Positions 51,701 to 64,000 of a stretch of DNA of 64,000 bases are shown one piece after another. The notes under the pieces were generated by a model, which was not told where the DNA came from, ran no database searches, and worked only from the letters and a program-made list of their open reading frames with translations. Each line of letters opens with the position of its first letter. Position 1 is the stretch's first letter. The translations under genes and the position numbers were made by a program. The DNA comes from Octopus bimaculoides (taxonomy: Eukaryota), in the NCBI RefSeq assembly GCF_001194135.2, contig NC_068989.1:49326585-49390584 (forward strand), given 5' to 3'.

Positions 51701-52485
51701 ACCATTTTTTTATAACAATACAGTGTAAGCAATTAAAATCTCACTAAAGCTTTAACACTGACTAACAAAGAACATTTTAAGACCAGTTGTAGCAGGTGTT
51801 GATTAATTAAGATTTTGTTCTCTGATTTTTATTGCTTTCACATGTTTTGTTAGTAAAAAGCTAAATTCAATTTTTACTTCTACACATAAATACAAACCAA
51901 AGCCACAACAGTCTGATATCTCAAAAGGTAGTAGACATTGAGTGATTAATCAGAGACAAGATTATTGCCACTAACAATACATACTTACTAGTCACGACTT
52001 CTAAATTATAGTTCTGATTGTACTTCAACATCTCTTCATATTATCTCATTAATTCTTAAGAGATAAATCAAACCCACAGAACAGATGAGGCAACTTAAAA
52101 TGTGCAGGTGACATGCTCACTTCAACTAATAATATGAAAGGCTTGCATATTACTTCCTCAAATCATGTGGCTTGAGAGAGAGAGAGAAATCAAGCATCAA
52201 TCTACATCTACTCAACACTATGACAGCCAGAGTCTTCCGAAGAATCATAGTTTAAATGATTATGCAGCCTTTAACACTTAAAGTCTTGTGGTATTTTCTC
52301 AATATAAATCACTTAATCATATTTTCAATGAAATGCAGGGGTGCGTGGTAAGAAATTTGCTTCTGAACCACATGGTTGAGGATTCAGCTCCACTGCATGG
52401 CACTTTGGGCGTGTTTTCTACTATATTTCTGGGTTGACCAAAACCTTGTGAGTGGATTTGGTGGATGGAAACTAAAAGAAGCTTG

Positions 52486-52547
<62 letters not shown>

Positions 52548-53259
52548 ATCTTTTTATTTGCGTTTGTACCCCATCATTGCTTGACAACTGGTATTGGCAT
52601 GTTTACATCTGCACAATTTAACAGTTCAGCAAAAGAGGATAATAGAATAAGGACCAGGCTTTAAAATATAAACACTGGGTTGATTTGTTTGACTAAACCC
52701 TTCAAGGTGGTGCCCCAGTGTGGCCACACTCCAATGACAGGAACATGTAAAAGAAATAAAAGAAAAAAAGAAAAAGTAAATATTACACAATGTTTTACTC
52801 AAATATAACAATTGCATGAGTTTACATGAAATTTGCTGATATAATATAATGAATGTTGGTGTACATTTATAATGTGGTTTTTATCTATTATTGTGATCAC
52901 TTAACTTTTATCTGTTATTGTTTATCTGTTATTGCCATGTCACTTTCACCTTCCCAGATAAGTTGAGTACAGATAAGTTAATAACATGTAAGTGTTTTTT
53001 GTACATATTTACAAGATATTGATTCCTGGGCATTGATTTCTTGTCTCAGAGTTGAATTGGTGCTCCAGAACATGCATCAGAAAAAGAAATCTGAGATACA
53101 CCTTCATTGGCTCCATCCAAAGGTTTTGTAAGGTCCAACAAATTAGTGTTATTTATTCTTGTTATAATAATTACACTCTCTCATAAACCCAACAGTGTGC
53201 AATGACCCTAAATTTAAAATGTATCGGTAAATTAATGTTCTGCTTATTTTAATCCTTAC

Positions 53260-53305
53260 CATTCACTAACAGATGCATTGATTCAATATCAACTTCATAA
53301 TAACC
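53260..53305 (-). CDS. Candidate exon GYYEVDIESMHLLVN; possible partner exons at 58197-58207 and 50749-50774
   Basis: ttgatttggatag acceptor, G|gtaagg donor; phase-compatible with 45167 or 50774. Confidence 0.35.
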
Positions 53306-56200
53306 CTATCCAAATCAATAAATCCCAATATCACTTAGATAGTTGGTAGTGTGTGTGTGTGTGTGTGTATAAATAAATAGATAAGTATATGTATGTATGA
53401 ATATATATACATATCTACAGATAGATATATATGTATACCTTTTAATAGTAAATATTGGAACTAAACAACTACAAGCAAACATAAAAGTGGTGTTTTATAA
53501 AGAAAGTCTCTCGAGATATTATTCTGCATTGAATCAGACACAACTTAGTCACTCCTGCTGCCAGAAATGCTGAGATCTAGTAACCAGTCCATCAGATATC
53601 TGTAACCATCTATGTTGTTTTTAACAAACTGATAATATAGAAAAAAGAATAAACAGATATAAGCCATCATTAATATCTTATTTCTTAGTCAATTTCTGTC
53701 AATTCTATTAGGAATAACATTATTAACTTTTCCTATAACCTCTATTTAGTTCTATGTTTGTGCTACAACTGTTTTGGATCTAGGGAACATAATACATAAT
53801 ACAAATAACACCAATATATTTTGTAATATGGAATATTCTCATGAAAAAAAAATGAATTGTTACAAAATTAAATTATTGCCTTGGGCTCTCAACTTCTGAT
53901 GAAATTGGAGGGGTGTTGTCATAATATATAATGGCTTAGACATCTTTAGACCTGACAGAGTCCATCCTCCTACAGGTCTGACCATTGCCAATTTTTTCAA
54001 GAAGAGACAGACAGAAAGATATGGAGGAGAAAGATTGACTCCTCTACAAGACTGGTACTTTATTTCCTGACCTTACAAGGATAAACAGCAAAACTGAGCT
54101 TCGCAGTATTGGAACTTAGAGGGCAGAAAGCTGGAATTAAAACTGAAATGCAATCTAGCTGACATTAATATCAATATTTGAAGTCTATGTGGTAAAAGTA
54201 TAACAAATAACTACAGAGATATATTTGGCTGTATGCCACTAGAAAAGGTTTGTACAAAATTTGAAACAGGCTACTGCAACTCATACAACCGATTTCTAAT
54301 CATATATTTTCTTTTTGATGATCTTAGACATTATTAGTACCATCACAACACCAAGCACTAGACTTCTAGATTCCTGCAGTCTAACAATAATGTGTATATT
54401 CCCTAAAGGCCAATCTGTAACTGCAATCAGCCTTCACAGAATAAAAGCAGTTTCATTCTGGGGTTGGAGATGTAAATAAGAGAGAATGTGATATGCATTA
54501 TCTTAAACAATTGAATTTGAAAGGATAGATAAAAGCTGTTGTTGCAACCTTTGTTGTTATTTATTTTATTTAAAGATTCTCTCTAAAAGGAGATAAAGAG
54601 AAAAACCGAGAGAAAGGAAGTGCAAAAAAAAAATTTAAAAGCAAACAAAAAAAAAAAACAGAAATAAAGTATAAAGAATGAGATAAAGAGAAAAGGAATA
54701 AGATGAGATAAAAAGAGGTCAAAGAGGTAGAATGGATTTTAAAAGAGGAAAAAAAAATTCCAAAATACATTAATTAACACTCATATAGAAGGAAGATTTT
54801 GTGTTGGATTTTCCTAAATCCATAACTAAAGCAATTTAGATATATATTGCTGTTAATTTTATAGTATCCATGCATAAGTAAACTGAATTCTTGCAGTATC
54901 CTAAATAGTACTCACAATGAGAAATTACATGAGAGTTTTATGCAGTTAGAGTTTCTAACCTAATAACCAGGCTACTTGCTGCCCAAAAGGAACATCTATG
55001 TTCTTTAAATTATCCAGTGTCTGATGGGAACATACATGTTAAACTAAATCTTTTCAGCTTTTTGATTCTGGATAGTTATTGAATCAAATGAGAGATGACG
55101 ACAATGAAAGTAAAGGTAATACCACCATGTTCTACAGAAGATTTTGTGACAACATGGTTGTGTGCAGCAGTAGCTGTACTGTTGATGTGAAGTTCCAATT
55201 CAGACTCAACAGAGCAAACCTATGGTCTAGGCATTCCTACTGTGAGACCCTTAAGTTTTCTGTTTTTCAAGTATTGCATATCTAGAAGTACATTAGTCAG
55301 TATGTCCTTCCTTCTTTCAGGTCATACAGCTTAATTTGATAAATATTTACATACTATTTCCAACAGGTCAAGTAACTACATAGAAATTGTTCCATTGGTT
55401 TATGGGCTGCAGTATTTAACAGTTGCTGGAAAGGTAATAGATACTGTTGTCTTGTCTTAATTTTGGCCCTCTACATGGAGATGTAGGTGCCATAATGCAT
55501 GTATTAAATAATTTTTAGACTTAGCTAAGCCTATCTCACTCCAGATTTGACAACAGCTTTTTTCCTCAAGGAAGATAGACATGCAGATAGACAGAAAAAT
55601 TTAACCCCACCCCTAAAAGGCCATTACTTTATTTACCTTGAAAGGGTGAAAGGCAAAGTTGACCTTGGCAATATTTGAACTCGGGGTGCATAGAGCAGAA
55701 GCAGAACAATTACTACAAAACAAACTCTCCAATGCTCCAACAACACTGCTAATTGAATACCTTATATACTGCAGTCTGACAAAATTCTGTCAAGGAACTG
55801 AGTCTATAATTCAACTTCAGTCCATAGTTTCAATTACCACATATACTCATGGATAGGTCACACTTTTTTTTATCAAAACTTTCGCTAAAAATCAAAATCA
55901 GGGATGCAACCTACCCACTCAACATCACTGGGATCTGAAGTAGATGGTGGCATATCAGTAGACAAGTCGATTTATCAATTAGACTACAATCACAAAGTCA
56001 CTTCCACAAAAATGTTTTAACATTTGTAAGCAAAGTTTTGAAATAACGGTGAATATTTGATGATATCTAACAAATAATAGTTATATTTACGTTATAAAGG
56101 AGCCATTGTAACTTTCCAAATTATAGTGTGATCTGTCTGCAAGTCAACAGTAAATAGCTACTTTGACAAACCCAAATTAACGGTGGGACCTATCCATGAA

Positions 56201-57443
56201 TATCCAGGAGTTGGACAAAATAATGGAAACACCTTAAAATTTCAAACAAATTTATTTTAATATGGGGTAGGACCATTTTTGGCAGTAATTACAGCTTGAA
56301 TTCTGAGGTATGGACTTGTACAAAGTTTGGATTGTTTCCAAAGGAATTTTTGTCGATACTTCAGCTAAAACAGTCTCCAGTTCTTGTAGTGATGATGGTG
56401 GAGGACATCGACTCCTTACTTGTTTTCCTAAAATGCAACATAAATGTTCAATAATATTGAAATCTGGGGACTGTGATGACCAGATAAGATGTTTAATTTC
56501 ACTAGAATGTTCCTCGTGCCATTCAGTAACAAGTTTAGCTGTGTGAATTGGTGCATTATCATTCTGAAAGATTATGTTTCTCTTCAGAAACAGTTCTGCA
56601 ACCGTAGGAAGAATTTGATCAGATAAAATGCTTAAATAGTCTTGACTATTAATTCTGCCATGAAGGGAAACCATTGGGCTGCTGGATTTCCAAGATATAG
56701 CTCCCCAGATCATCACAGATGATCTGGGGAGCTCCATGTTTAACAGTTGGAAGAAGGCAAATGCTTCTTTTGGCTGTCTCCACACGTATACTCGGCCAGT
56801 GGTCAGAAATAAAGTAAAGGATGACTCATCCGAGAAAATAACATTCCTCCACTGCTATAGGGACCAATTCTGTAGGTTTTTACTTCCCTCTAAATGTTTT
56901 GCAATATTTGTATTTGAAAGTAGTGGTCTTCTGATTGCAGTCCTCCCATGAAATCCGGCTTTGTGAAGCTTCCAGTGAACAGTTTTTGTGGAAACTGAGT
57001 TCTTGAGGTGGTCATTAAGCTCTGCAGTAATTTTAGGAGCTGTACTTTTGTGATCCTTTCTAACAATTCGCATATGAGTCCAATGGTCCCTATCTGAAAG
57101 TCTTGGTTTTCTTCCGGAGTTTTGTTACAGCGAGGAGTTTTTTCCCTCTTTCTCAAAAGCTGTCATTACTTTCGGCTGTTTTCGTTATGCTAGCGCCTGC
57201 CATATGAGCACCAACAATTTGACCTCTTTGAAAGTCTGATAAATCTGTCATTTTAATGAATTTTAATTACCTTTTTCTGATGATATTTGAAAAGAAACAG
57301 CAATTTTAGCAAAACATATTAAGCAACACTAATAATAAATCAAAAACATAAAAATTAACAAGCTTTTGACGGTTTTATAGATATTTCAAAATTATTATGC
57401 TATGACGCTAGGTGTTTTCATTATTTCGTCCAACCCCTGTATA
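56201..57443 (-). mobile_element. Near full-length Tc1-like transposon with a DD36E transposase pseudogene (ATG at 57251, end near 56252)
   Basis: About 30-bp TIR TA[TC/TA]CAGG[A/G]GTTGGAC[A/G]AAATAATG[G/A]AAACACC; MTDLSDFQRGQIVGA, VIFSDESSF, FQNDNAPIH and SPDFNIIE motifs; frameshifts and stops. Confidence 0.93.
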
Positions 57444-58408
57444 CGGTATCTACTCCTAGGTTACCTTTCTTCCACTGCATAGTATCTTTTGCAACAGGGC
57501 TAGCTTAATTAACAAGATAACTGCAGCAGAGTTTGAGATTATTATTAAACAATTTTCTACAGTCAAAGCACCTTAATCTACACCTATTGTTTCAGTATGT
57601 AGCAGTGTTAAGACTTACAAAAACAAAATATGGCAGAGATAGTTATAAATAAATCATTATTTTCATGCTAGTTCTTCACTGTGTCTGCAACAAGCAAAAC
57701 ATGAAATTGTGTGCACTTAATGATAGATTTATTAATTAAATTTAAATGTTTCAATTAAAGAAAAAAATATGGCTATCCACTGTTTACACTTCTTTTGTTT
57801 TGTCTTTTCCTGCAAGATATAGAATAATTTATCAGCCTCAAGACATTTTGCTTGGTGACCATTCTGATTGTCTCACTCGATTCCATTTGTTTGTCTAATT
57901 GAATTTATTAATCTCTCTAACACAATGTCATGTTTATCTAGTTTGTGACAATCATCTTTGGCTGGAATATTTAAAAAAAAATAAAATGCAGAAATTATTA
58001 AATCACAAAGTAACAAATCCGTTATTTACCAATAGGTTATTTTCACTAAAATATTAATGTATTTTCCTCTTAGTATTATTGAATAGAAGCTCTATTCATC
58101 TTTTTTTATCCATTATATTTCAACTAGCTTATCATCATTCTTTAACTATATGTTTTCTGTTTGCTTAAGGGATCTAACAAGTTTGGCATAGCTTACCCAA
58201 CATGTTCCTGTTGATAAGAGTGTAAGAATTCATACTTGCTAATTAACTGCTAAGACAGACCCCAGGGTTGACAAGATGAAGGCTGTCATTTTTCTCAATT
58301 TTTTGTAAGTTAGGAAAAATGTTACAGAATCTCTGAACCTTCAGCCCACTCAAACAATGGTACAGTTATATGAATTGTCTAAACTGCCATTCACATAAAT
58401 GTGTGTGG

Positions 58409-59663
58409 ACAAACCCCTTCAGGTAGATGGCCCTGCTAAAACACAAACCCCTTCAGGTAGATGGCCCTGCTCAGTATGTAGAAAAGGAGTAGGTAGTAAC
58501 TCTATAAGATGTACCCGGTGCAAGCTATGGACACATAAGAGGTGCAGCAACATCAAAGGCAGGTTAACTAGCAAGTTAGTTTTTGTTTGTGGCAGATGTT
58601 CAGGTGCAATAAAGACTGTAAACAAACAGGAAACAACTTCTATCTCATTCCAGGGTGAAANNNNNNNNNNNNNNNNNNNNNNNNNNNNNNNNNNNNNNNN
58701 NNNNNNNNNNNNNNNNNNNNNNNNNNNNNNNNNNNNNNNNNNNNNNNNNNNNNNNNNNNNNNNNNNNNNNNNNNNNNNNNNNNNNNNNNNNNNNNNNNNN
58801 NNNNNNNNNNNNNNNNNNNNNNNNNNNNNNNNNNNNNNNNNNNNNNNNNNNNNNNNNNNNNNNNNNNNNNNNNNNNNNNNNNNNNNNNNNNNNNNNNNNN
58901 NNNNNNNNNNNNNNNNNNNNNNNNNNNNNNNNNNNNNNNNNNNNNNNNNNNNNNNNNNNNNNNNNNNNNNNNNNNNNNNNNNNNNNNNNNNNNNNNNNNN
59001 NNNNNNNNNNNNNNNNNNNNNNNNNNNNNNNNNNNNNNNNNNNNNNNNNNNNNNNNNNNNNNNNNNNNNNNNNNNNNNNNNNNNNNNNNNNNNNNNNNNN
59101 NNNNNNNNNNNNNNNNNNNNNNNNNNNNNNNNNNNNNNNNNNNNNNNNNNNNNNNNNNNNNNNNNNNNNNNNNNNNNNNNNNNNNNNNNNNNNNNNNNNN
59201 NNNNNNNNNNNNNNNNNNNNNNNNNNNNNNNNNNNNNNNNNNNNNNNNNNNNNNNNNNNNNNNNNNNNNNNNNNNNNNNNNNNNNNNNNNNNNNNNNNNN
59301 NNNNNNNNNNNNNNNNNNNNNNNNNNNNNNNNNNNNNNNNNNNNNNNNNNNNNNNNNNNNNNNNNNNNNNNNNNNNNNNNNNNNNNNNNNNNNNNNNNNN
59401 NNNNNNNNNNNNNNNNNNNNNNNNNNNNNNNNNNNNNNNNNNNNNNNNNNNNNNNNNNNNNNNNNNNNNNNNNNNNNNNNNNNNNNNNNNNNNNNNNNNN
59501 NNNNGGCGTTAGAAAGGGCATCCAGCTGTAGAAACGCTGCCAAATTAGATTGGAGCCTGGTGTTGCCATCCGGTTTCACCAGTCCTCAGTCAAATCGTCC
59601 AACCCATGCTAGCATGGAAAGCGGACGTTAAACGATGATGATGATGATGATGATGATGATGAT
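58409..59663 (+). mobile_element. 5'-truncated RTE LINE spanning an 845-nt gap
   Basis: WPCSVCRKGVGSNSIRCTRCKLWTHKRCSNIKGRL...FVCGRC zinc finger typical of RTE ORFs; after the gap comes the RTE 3' end with (GAT)n. Continuity across the gap is inferred. Confidence 0.8.
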
Positions 59664-59769
59664 ATATACATATATATATATATATACACACACACAAGAT
59701 GATAATTTATATACATGTAGATATATATGCTTGTGTAAGAAATGAAGCCTGTATGCTCTGCTGGATGGG

Positions 59770-60330
59770 TAATATCAGTGTGCATTGTGCAACAGAGTGT
59801 AAGTGATTTGAGAGAAAAACTGGGAATATGTGGCATCAGATGTAGTGTGCAAGAAAGAAGACTGTACTTGTATGGTCATGTAATACAAAAGAATGAAGAC
59901 AGTTGCATCAAGAAGTACTGATCTCTAATGGTAGAGGAAATGAGTGGAAGGGGTAGACCCAGGAAGGCATGGGATAAAGTGGTGAGCTTCACAGAGGGTA
60001 TGACAAGCGACTGAGACTTCTGGCAGTTTCTTGTGCTCAAGAAGACATATCAAGCTAAGTGAAATCATGGTTGTTCTTGCATACAAGCATCTCCCTTGCA
60101 TCCTTCTTCCACTGAGTGATCCTAACCTTCCAGGATCATGGGTGCTGGTGCCATTAAAGAGCACCCATGACCCTGGAAGGTGAGGGCAGTTTTTTCCTGT
60201 TAAACCATATGGACAGGTGTCCTTAACAAGTCTACAGCATAAGGTAGGATGGAAAAAAAGCACGGTGTCCCTTAGTGGTGCAACTGGGGTCAAATCTACA
60301 GTTACCTTGAGAATGGTAACGACAGGGTTT
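59770..60330 (+). mobile_element. Older RTE LINE C-terminus and 3'UTR
   Basis: LREKLGICGIRCSVQERRL...GRGRPRKAWDKV, homologous to 4070-4250. Confidence 0.75.
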
Positions 60331-60354
60331 TTGATGTGGGCATAGTAGAGGGTT

Positions 60355-60409
60355 TTCTATATATATATGGTTTTCTATATATATANNNNNNNNNNNNNNN
60401 NNNNNNNNN

Positions 60410-60460
<51 letters not shown>

Positions 60461-60896
60461 TACATACATATATATACATATACATAGAGATACATATATA
60501 GATACATTTATATATATATATATATGTATACACATACATACATATAAACATACATATAAACATACATATATATATATACATATATATACATACATATATA
60601 AATATATACATACATAGATATATGCAAAAGGGGTTTTGTATGATTGTGTATATGATTGTATATACACATATATAAGTATATATATATATATATGCGTATA
60701 TAAATATATACGCATATATGCATATATTCATATATACATATATTAAATATATATACATATATTCATATATACATATATAAATATATATACATATATATAA
60801 ATATACATACATATATATAAATATACATATATTCATATATATATACATATATTATTATATACACATTTATAAATATATATATACATATATAAATAT

Positions 60897-60936
<40 letters not shown>

Positions 60937-60960
60937 GTATGTATATATATGTATATGTAT
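60355..60960. repeat. Long compound TA-rich microsatellite field
   Basis: Directly visible; source of the spurious YI/HT-repeat ORFs. Confidence 0.95.
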
Positions 60961-61099
60961 CATCATCATCGTTTAACGTCCGCTTTCCATGCTAGCATGG
61001 GTTGGACGATTTGACTGAGGACTGGTGAAACCGGATGGCAACACCAGGCTCCAGTCTGATTTGGCAGAGTTTCTACAGCTGGATGCCCTTCCTAACGCC
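60961..61099 (-). mobile_element. RTE LINE 3' end, young
   Basis: Reverse complement of 59506-59642 with 4 mismatches. Confidence 0.9.
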
Positions 61100-61169
61100 A
61101 TTTATATATATATATATATATATGTGTGTGTGCGTGTGTATGTATATATTTATATATATTTAGGTAGTG

Positions 61170-61790
61170 GGTAGCGATTTACTTCACTAGTTCAGGGAGT
61201 GACGACCCTGCCTGACATGAGTCCCAGGCTCAGCTGGCTCCGGCTGACATTACCTGGTATGGGCCCCTATCCAGGGTTACAGAAAGGAGACAACTTTCAA
61301 AGAAATCTGGTGTGGAGCCCCAAAGGTGGTTTAGTGTTCGACTCTACACCCTTCCGGCAGCTCCTGGAACCAAGCTGGTGCCAAACGTAATGCTCTGCAC
61401 TCCTTTGGACTACGTCAGCAAGGTCAAGTGAGGAATCCTAACGATTGGGTTACCCAGGATTTTCTTATATTTAGCCCAGGCCTGCGCAAAACTGGAGAGG
61501 ACACTTTACCACTGCTGTAAAAAGTGGCAGAAAAAACATGGGAGGTAGCAGTCACGAGTGATAAGTCAATTCTGATTGGTCTAGGATATGGGTGCTACGG
61601 GTTACCTCTGACAGTGGGAGGGACTCTTGTGTCCCATTGGTTAGCTACTGCCCACCTCAAGCTGGGCAGCCCCCAGTTAATAAGGCGCTGACCTGCCACT
61701 GGCCACCTGCTTCATTGGGTACTTGGAGCTAAGAGTTTGACTTGAAAAATAGCCTACATCCTCTGCACCAGGAAAACAATCAAAAGACAA
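61170..61790. other. Unclassified GC-rich segment, probably retroelement-derived
   Basis: Much more GC-rich than the flanks; two ATTGG boxes; no long ORF. Confidence 0.35.
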
Positions 61791-62624
61791 GAAACCACCA
61801 GTCCTGTGGTTAGCATGTAAAATCCGGACTTGATTATTTTATGCGCAACTCCATTGTCTTCCAAGGTAAAAAGGATGCCAGCAACAATATATTTATATAT
61901 GTTTATGCATACATATAAATATATATATATACATATAGATATACATAAATACACACACACACACACACACATATATATTGTTGTATATGGGGACGCTCCT
62001 GTTGCCAGTTTAACCAATAAAAACACTATATTTTGGGTGTTCACTTGCTTCAGCTTTACTTTATATTGGCCAGAGTTTTTTCCTCACATTTCTGTGACCT
62101 CATCAGTGGTCCTTTGCTTTCTTCTTTCTTTTTTGTGTGTCTCCCCTTACTAATGATCTGCCATTTTGTATTCCCGTTGTATGTGTTTTTATTTGCACAT
62201 GCGTATATCCCTGTGTGTGTGTCTATGTTTATTACGTGTGTGTGTGGGAATGTGACTGTTGTTCAAATCTACTTACTTTTACTTTTCTGTCTTTTTTTTG
62301 TATTAAATTTAAATTTTATTTATTTTGTTAATGTATATAACTATTTAATTCCATTTATTTATCTGTGTATTGTATTATATTCATATTATTATCAGTTTAT
62401 GGGGATCTTATTCTGTAATAGGTTGTGATATGTTGAGGGTGTGTGCTAGTGTCCTATTCTAGTTTCCTATTCAGGCTAGGTTTATCTTCTATTATGTGTG
62501 TAACGTCCGTAATTTGTCTAAGCGTTGCGTCTGTTGTGTGGACAAGATTTTAACTTCTATGTTGTTGAGTGAGCCCCCGTGTTCCTACTCAGCGTGCTGA
62601 TATATATATATAGATATATGTTAG

Positions 62625-62790
62625 CGATTTGTTTTTCCTCAGTCTTCCTTTTCTGCTGGACTTTCCTATGTTTCTGAAGAAGAGCTTTGCTCAAAGCGTT
62701 AAACCATCTTACTTTCCTTCCCTGAGCATTTGCTAATACTTTACATGTAACACGTCCTCACATTGCTGTTTCTTTTGTGTGTTTGTTGTT
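62625..62790 (+). mobile_element. PLE-type terminal repeat unit with a degenerate hammerhead motif at 62670-62704
   Basis: GTTT-CTGAAGA-A-GAGC(TTT)GCTC-AAAG-CGTT-AAAC; homologous to 48530-48710. Confidence 0.7.
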
Positions 62791-64000
62791 CGTTTATTTG
62801 TACACACACATATATATATATATATATACATACACAGAGGTGAAAACTATTCTATTGCCAGTCGGGATTCATGCTAGCCCCAAGGTAAAGTCTTGATTTC
62901 TCTCTATAGGAATATTTCTCCTGACAAGGCGAATGGGTCCCTTAAGTGGTTCCTAACACCGAAAGTGCAATAGAGAAGTAACCAATTATTTTCAAGTTGT
63001 GAATTCTATTTGCCATGTCACCCAAAGACAATTGTTATCGTGAGGAGAAATAATATGAGTGACATAATGGCTTTATAGCGGTTTTGGCTGCTATTTTTAA
63101 CATGTAAGGGTTTTTTTAACTCTCTTAGTTATAATCATCACTTGTTCATAATTATAAAAGTTTTTTTTTCTTCTTTATATTTTATGATAGCATGTTTGGA
63201 CATTGATATATTCATAAATAATCTTAATTATTTATAATATATCCTTCGTAATGTTTTTACATTACTCTCTACTCATATATAAGAGAGAGGGGGACTCGCA
63301 GAAATTAATAGGTTTTCTTATATAGATCTATCTACTTATAGTAACTGCAAAGAGCTGTTGCTTTTATATAGGAGGAGGTAAAAAACATATGATGTTTGTT
63401 TAATTCTAGCAGCCTCAAGGTTTCTTTTAACAGCAAGTTTGAAGTGTTTTCACAACTTAAATATCTTTCCTGAAGCCAATCATTATAGAAGAAACTGTTT
63501 TTCTGACTCAATGTACATAAACCTTCTTTTATTGGAAATATTTCCTGATAGAATAAAACAGGTTGTATATGTTATTCATTTCTTTTATTAATTTTTCGTT
63601 TTGTTGTTGATTTTCATGCACGTTCATGTATTTTCATTCCTTAGTGATAATGTGCATTCTACAAGCTTTAAAATTATCAATATCGGTTAAAACATTCTTG
63701 TAACAAAATATAAGCAATTAGGGTGTTGTTTTTATTTTTACTTTCTTTTTTTTTTAAGGAAAAAGGTATCTAGACAACAGTATATGTTTCATATGTTCAT
63801 ACACAGAAACTATCTGCTGTTTGTCTTTAAAAATGGAAAGGAACTAGTTGGAGAAAAATATAAAAATGCCCATATGCATTTCAGTAGACTGAATGGCAGT
63901 AAATGGCAAATACTGGAAGATTTGCAAACAGGCAGGCAGACAGACAAACAGTCAAGCTAGACTAAGATAGAGATGCAAATATGAGGCTTTTAAAAGAAGA

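Noticed and set aside
53260-53305. Resemblance of GYYEVDIES to BACE/pepsin YYEVII
   Set aside because: No DTG/DSG catalytic motif in any linked exon.
62081-62112. Third hammerhead-like core on the minus strand (CTGATGA ggtcaca GAAA tgt)
   Set aside because: Stem II is not properly paired and no stem I partner follows.
1-64000. CRISPR arrays, tRNA/rRNA genes and prokaryotic operons
   Set aside because: No repeat-spacer array and no complete cloverleaf; the tRNA-like boxes are SINE heads, and the sequence is eukaryotic.

Overview
AT-rich, repeat-dense eukaryotic genomic DNA with about 11 N-gaps. The SINE, RTE-LINE and microsatellite content looks like a coleoid cephalopod (Octopus-like); this is inferred from repeat style, not a database hit. 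No rRNA, tRNA gene, CRISPR array or nameable gene is supportable. The window is mostly transposon-derived: a Penelope-like RT fragment plus Penelope-type terminal units carrying a minimal hammerhead ribozyme motif; three Tc1/mariner relics (maT-like, mariner, and a DD36E Tc1); RTE LINE 3' fragments; three tRNA-derived SINE families; hAT- and piggyBac-like MITEs; and a foldback MITE with a head-to-head telomeric-repeat core. Short GT-AG-bounded minus-strand exons chain in phase into one or two unidentified genes (about 18.7-38 kb and 44.8-58.2 kb), and there is one orphan plus-strand first exon at 14051. All gene models were assembled by eye and are tentative.
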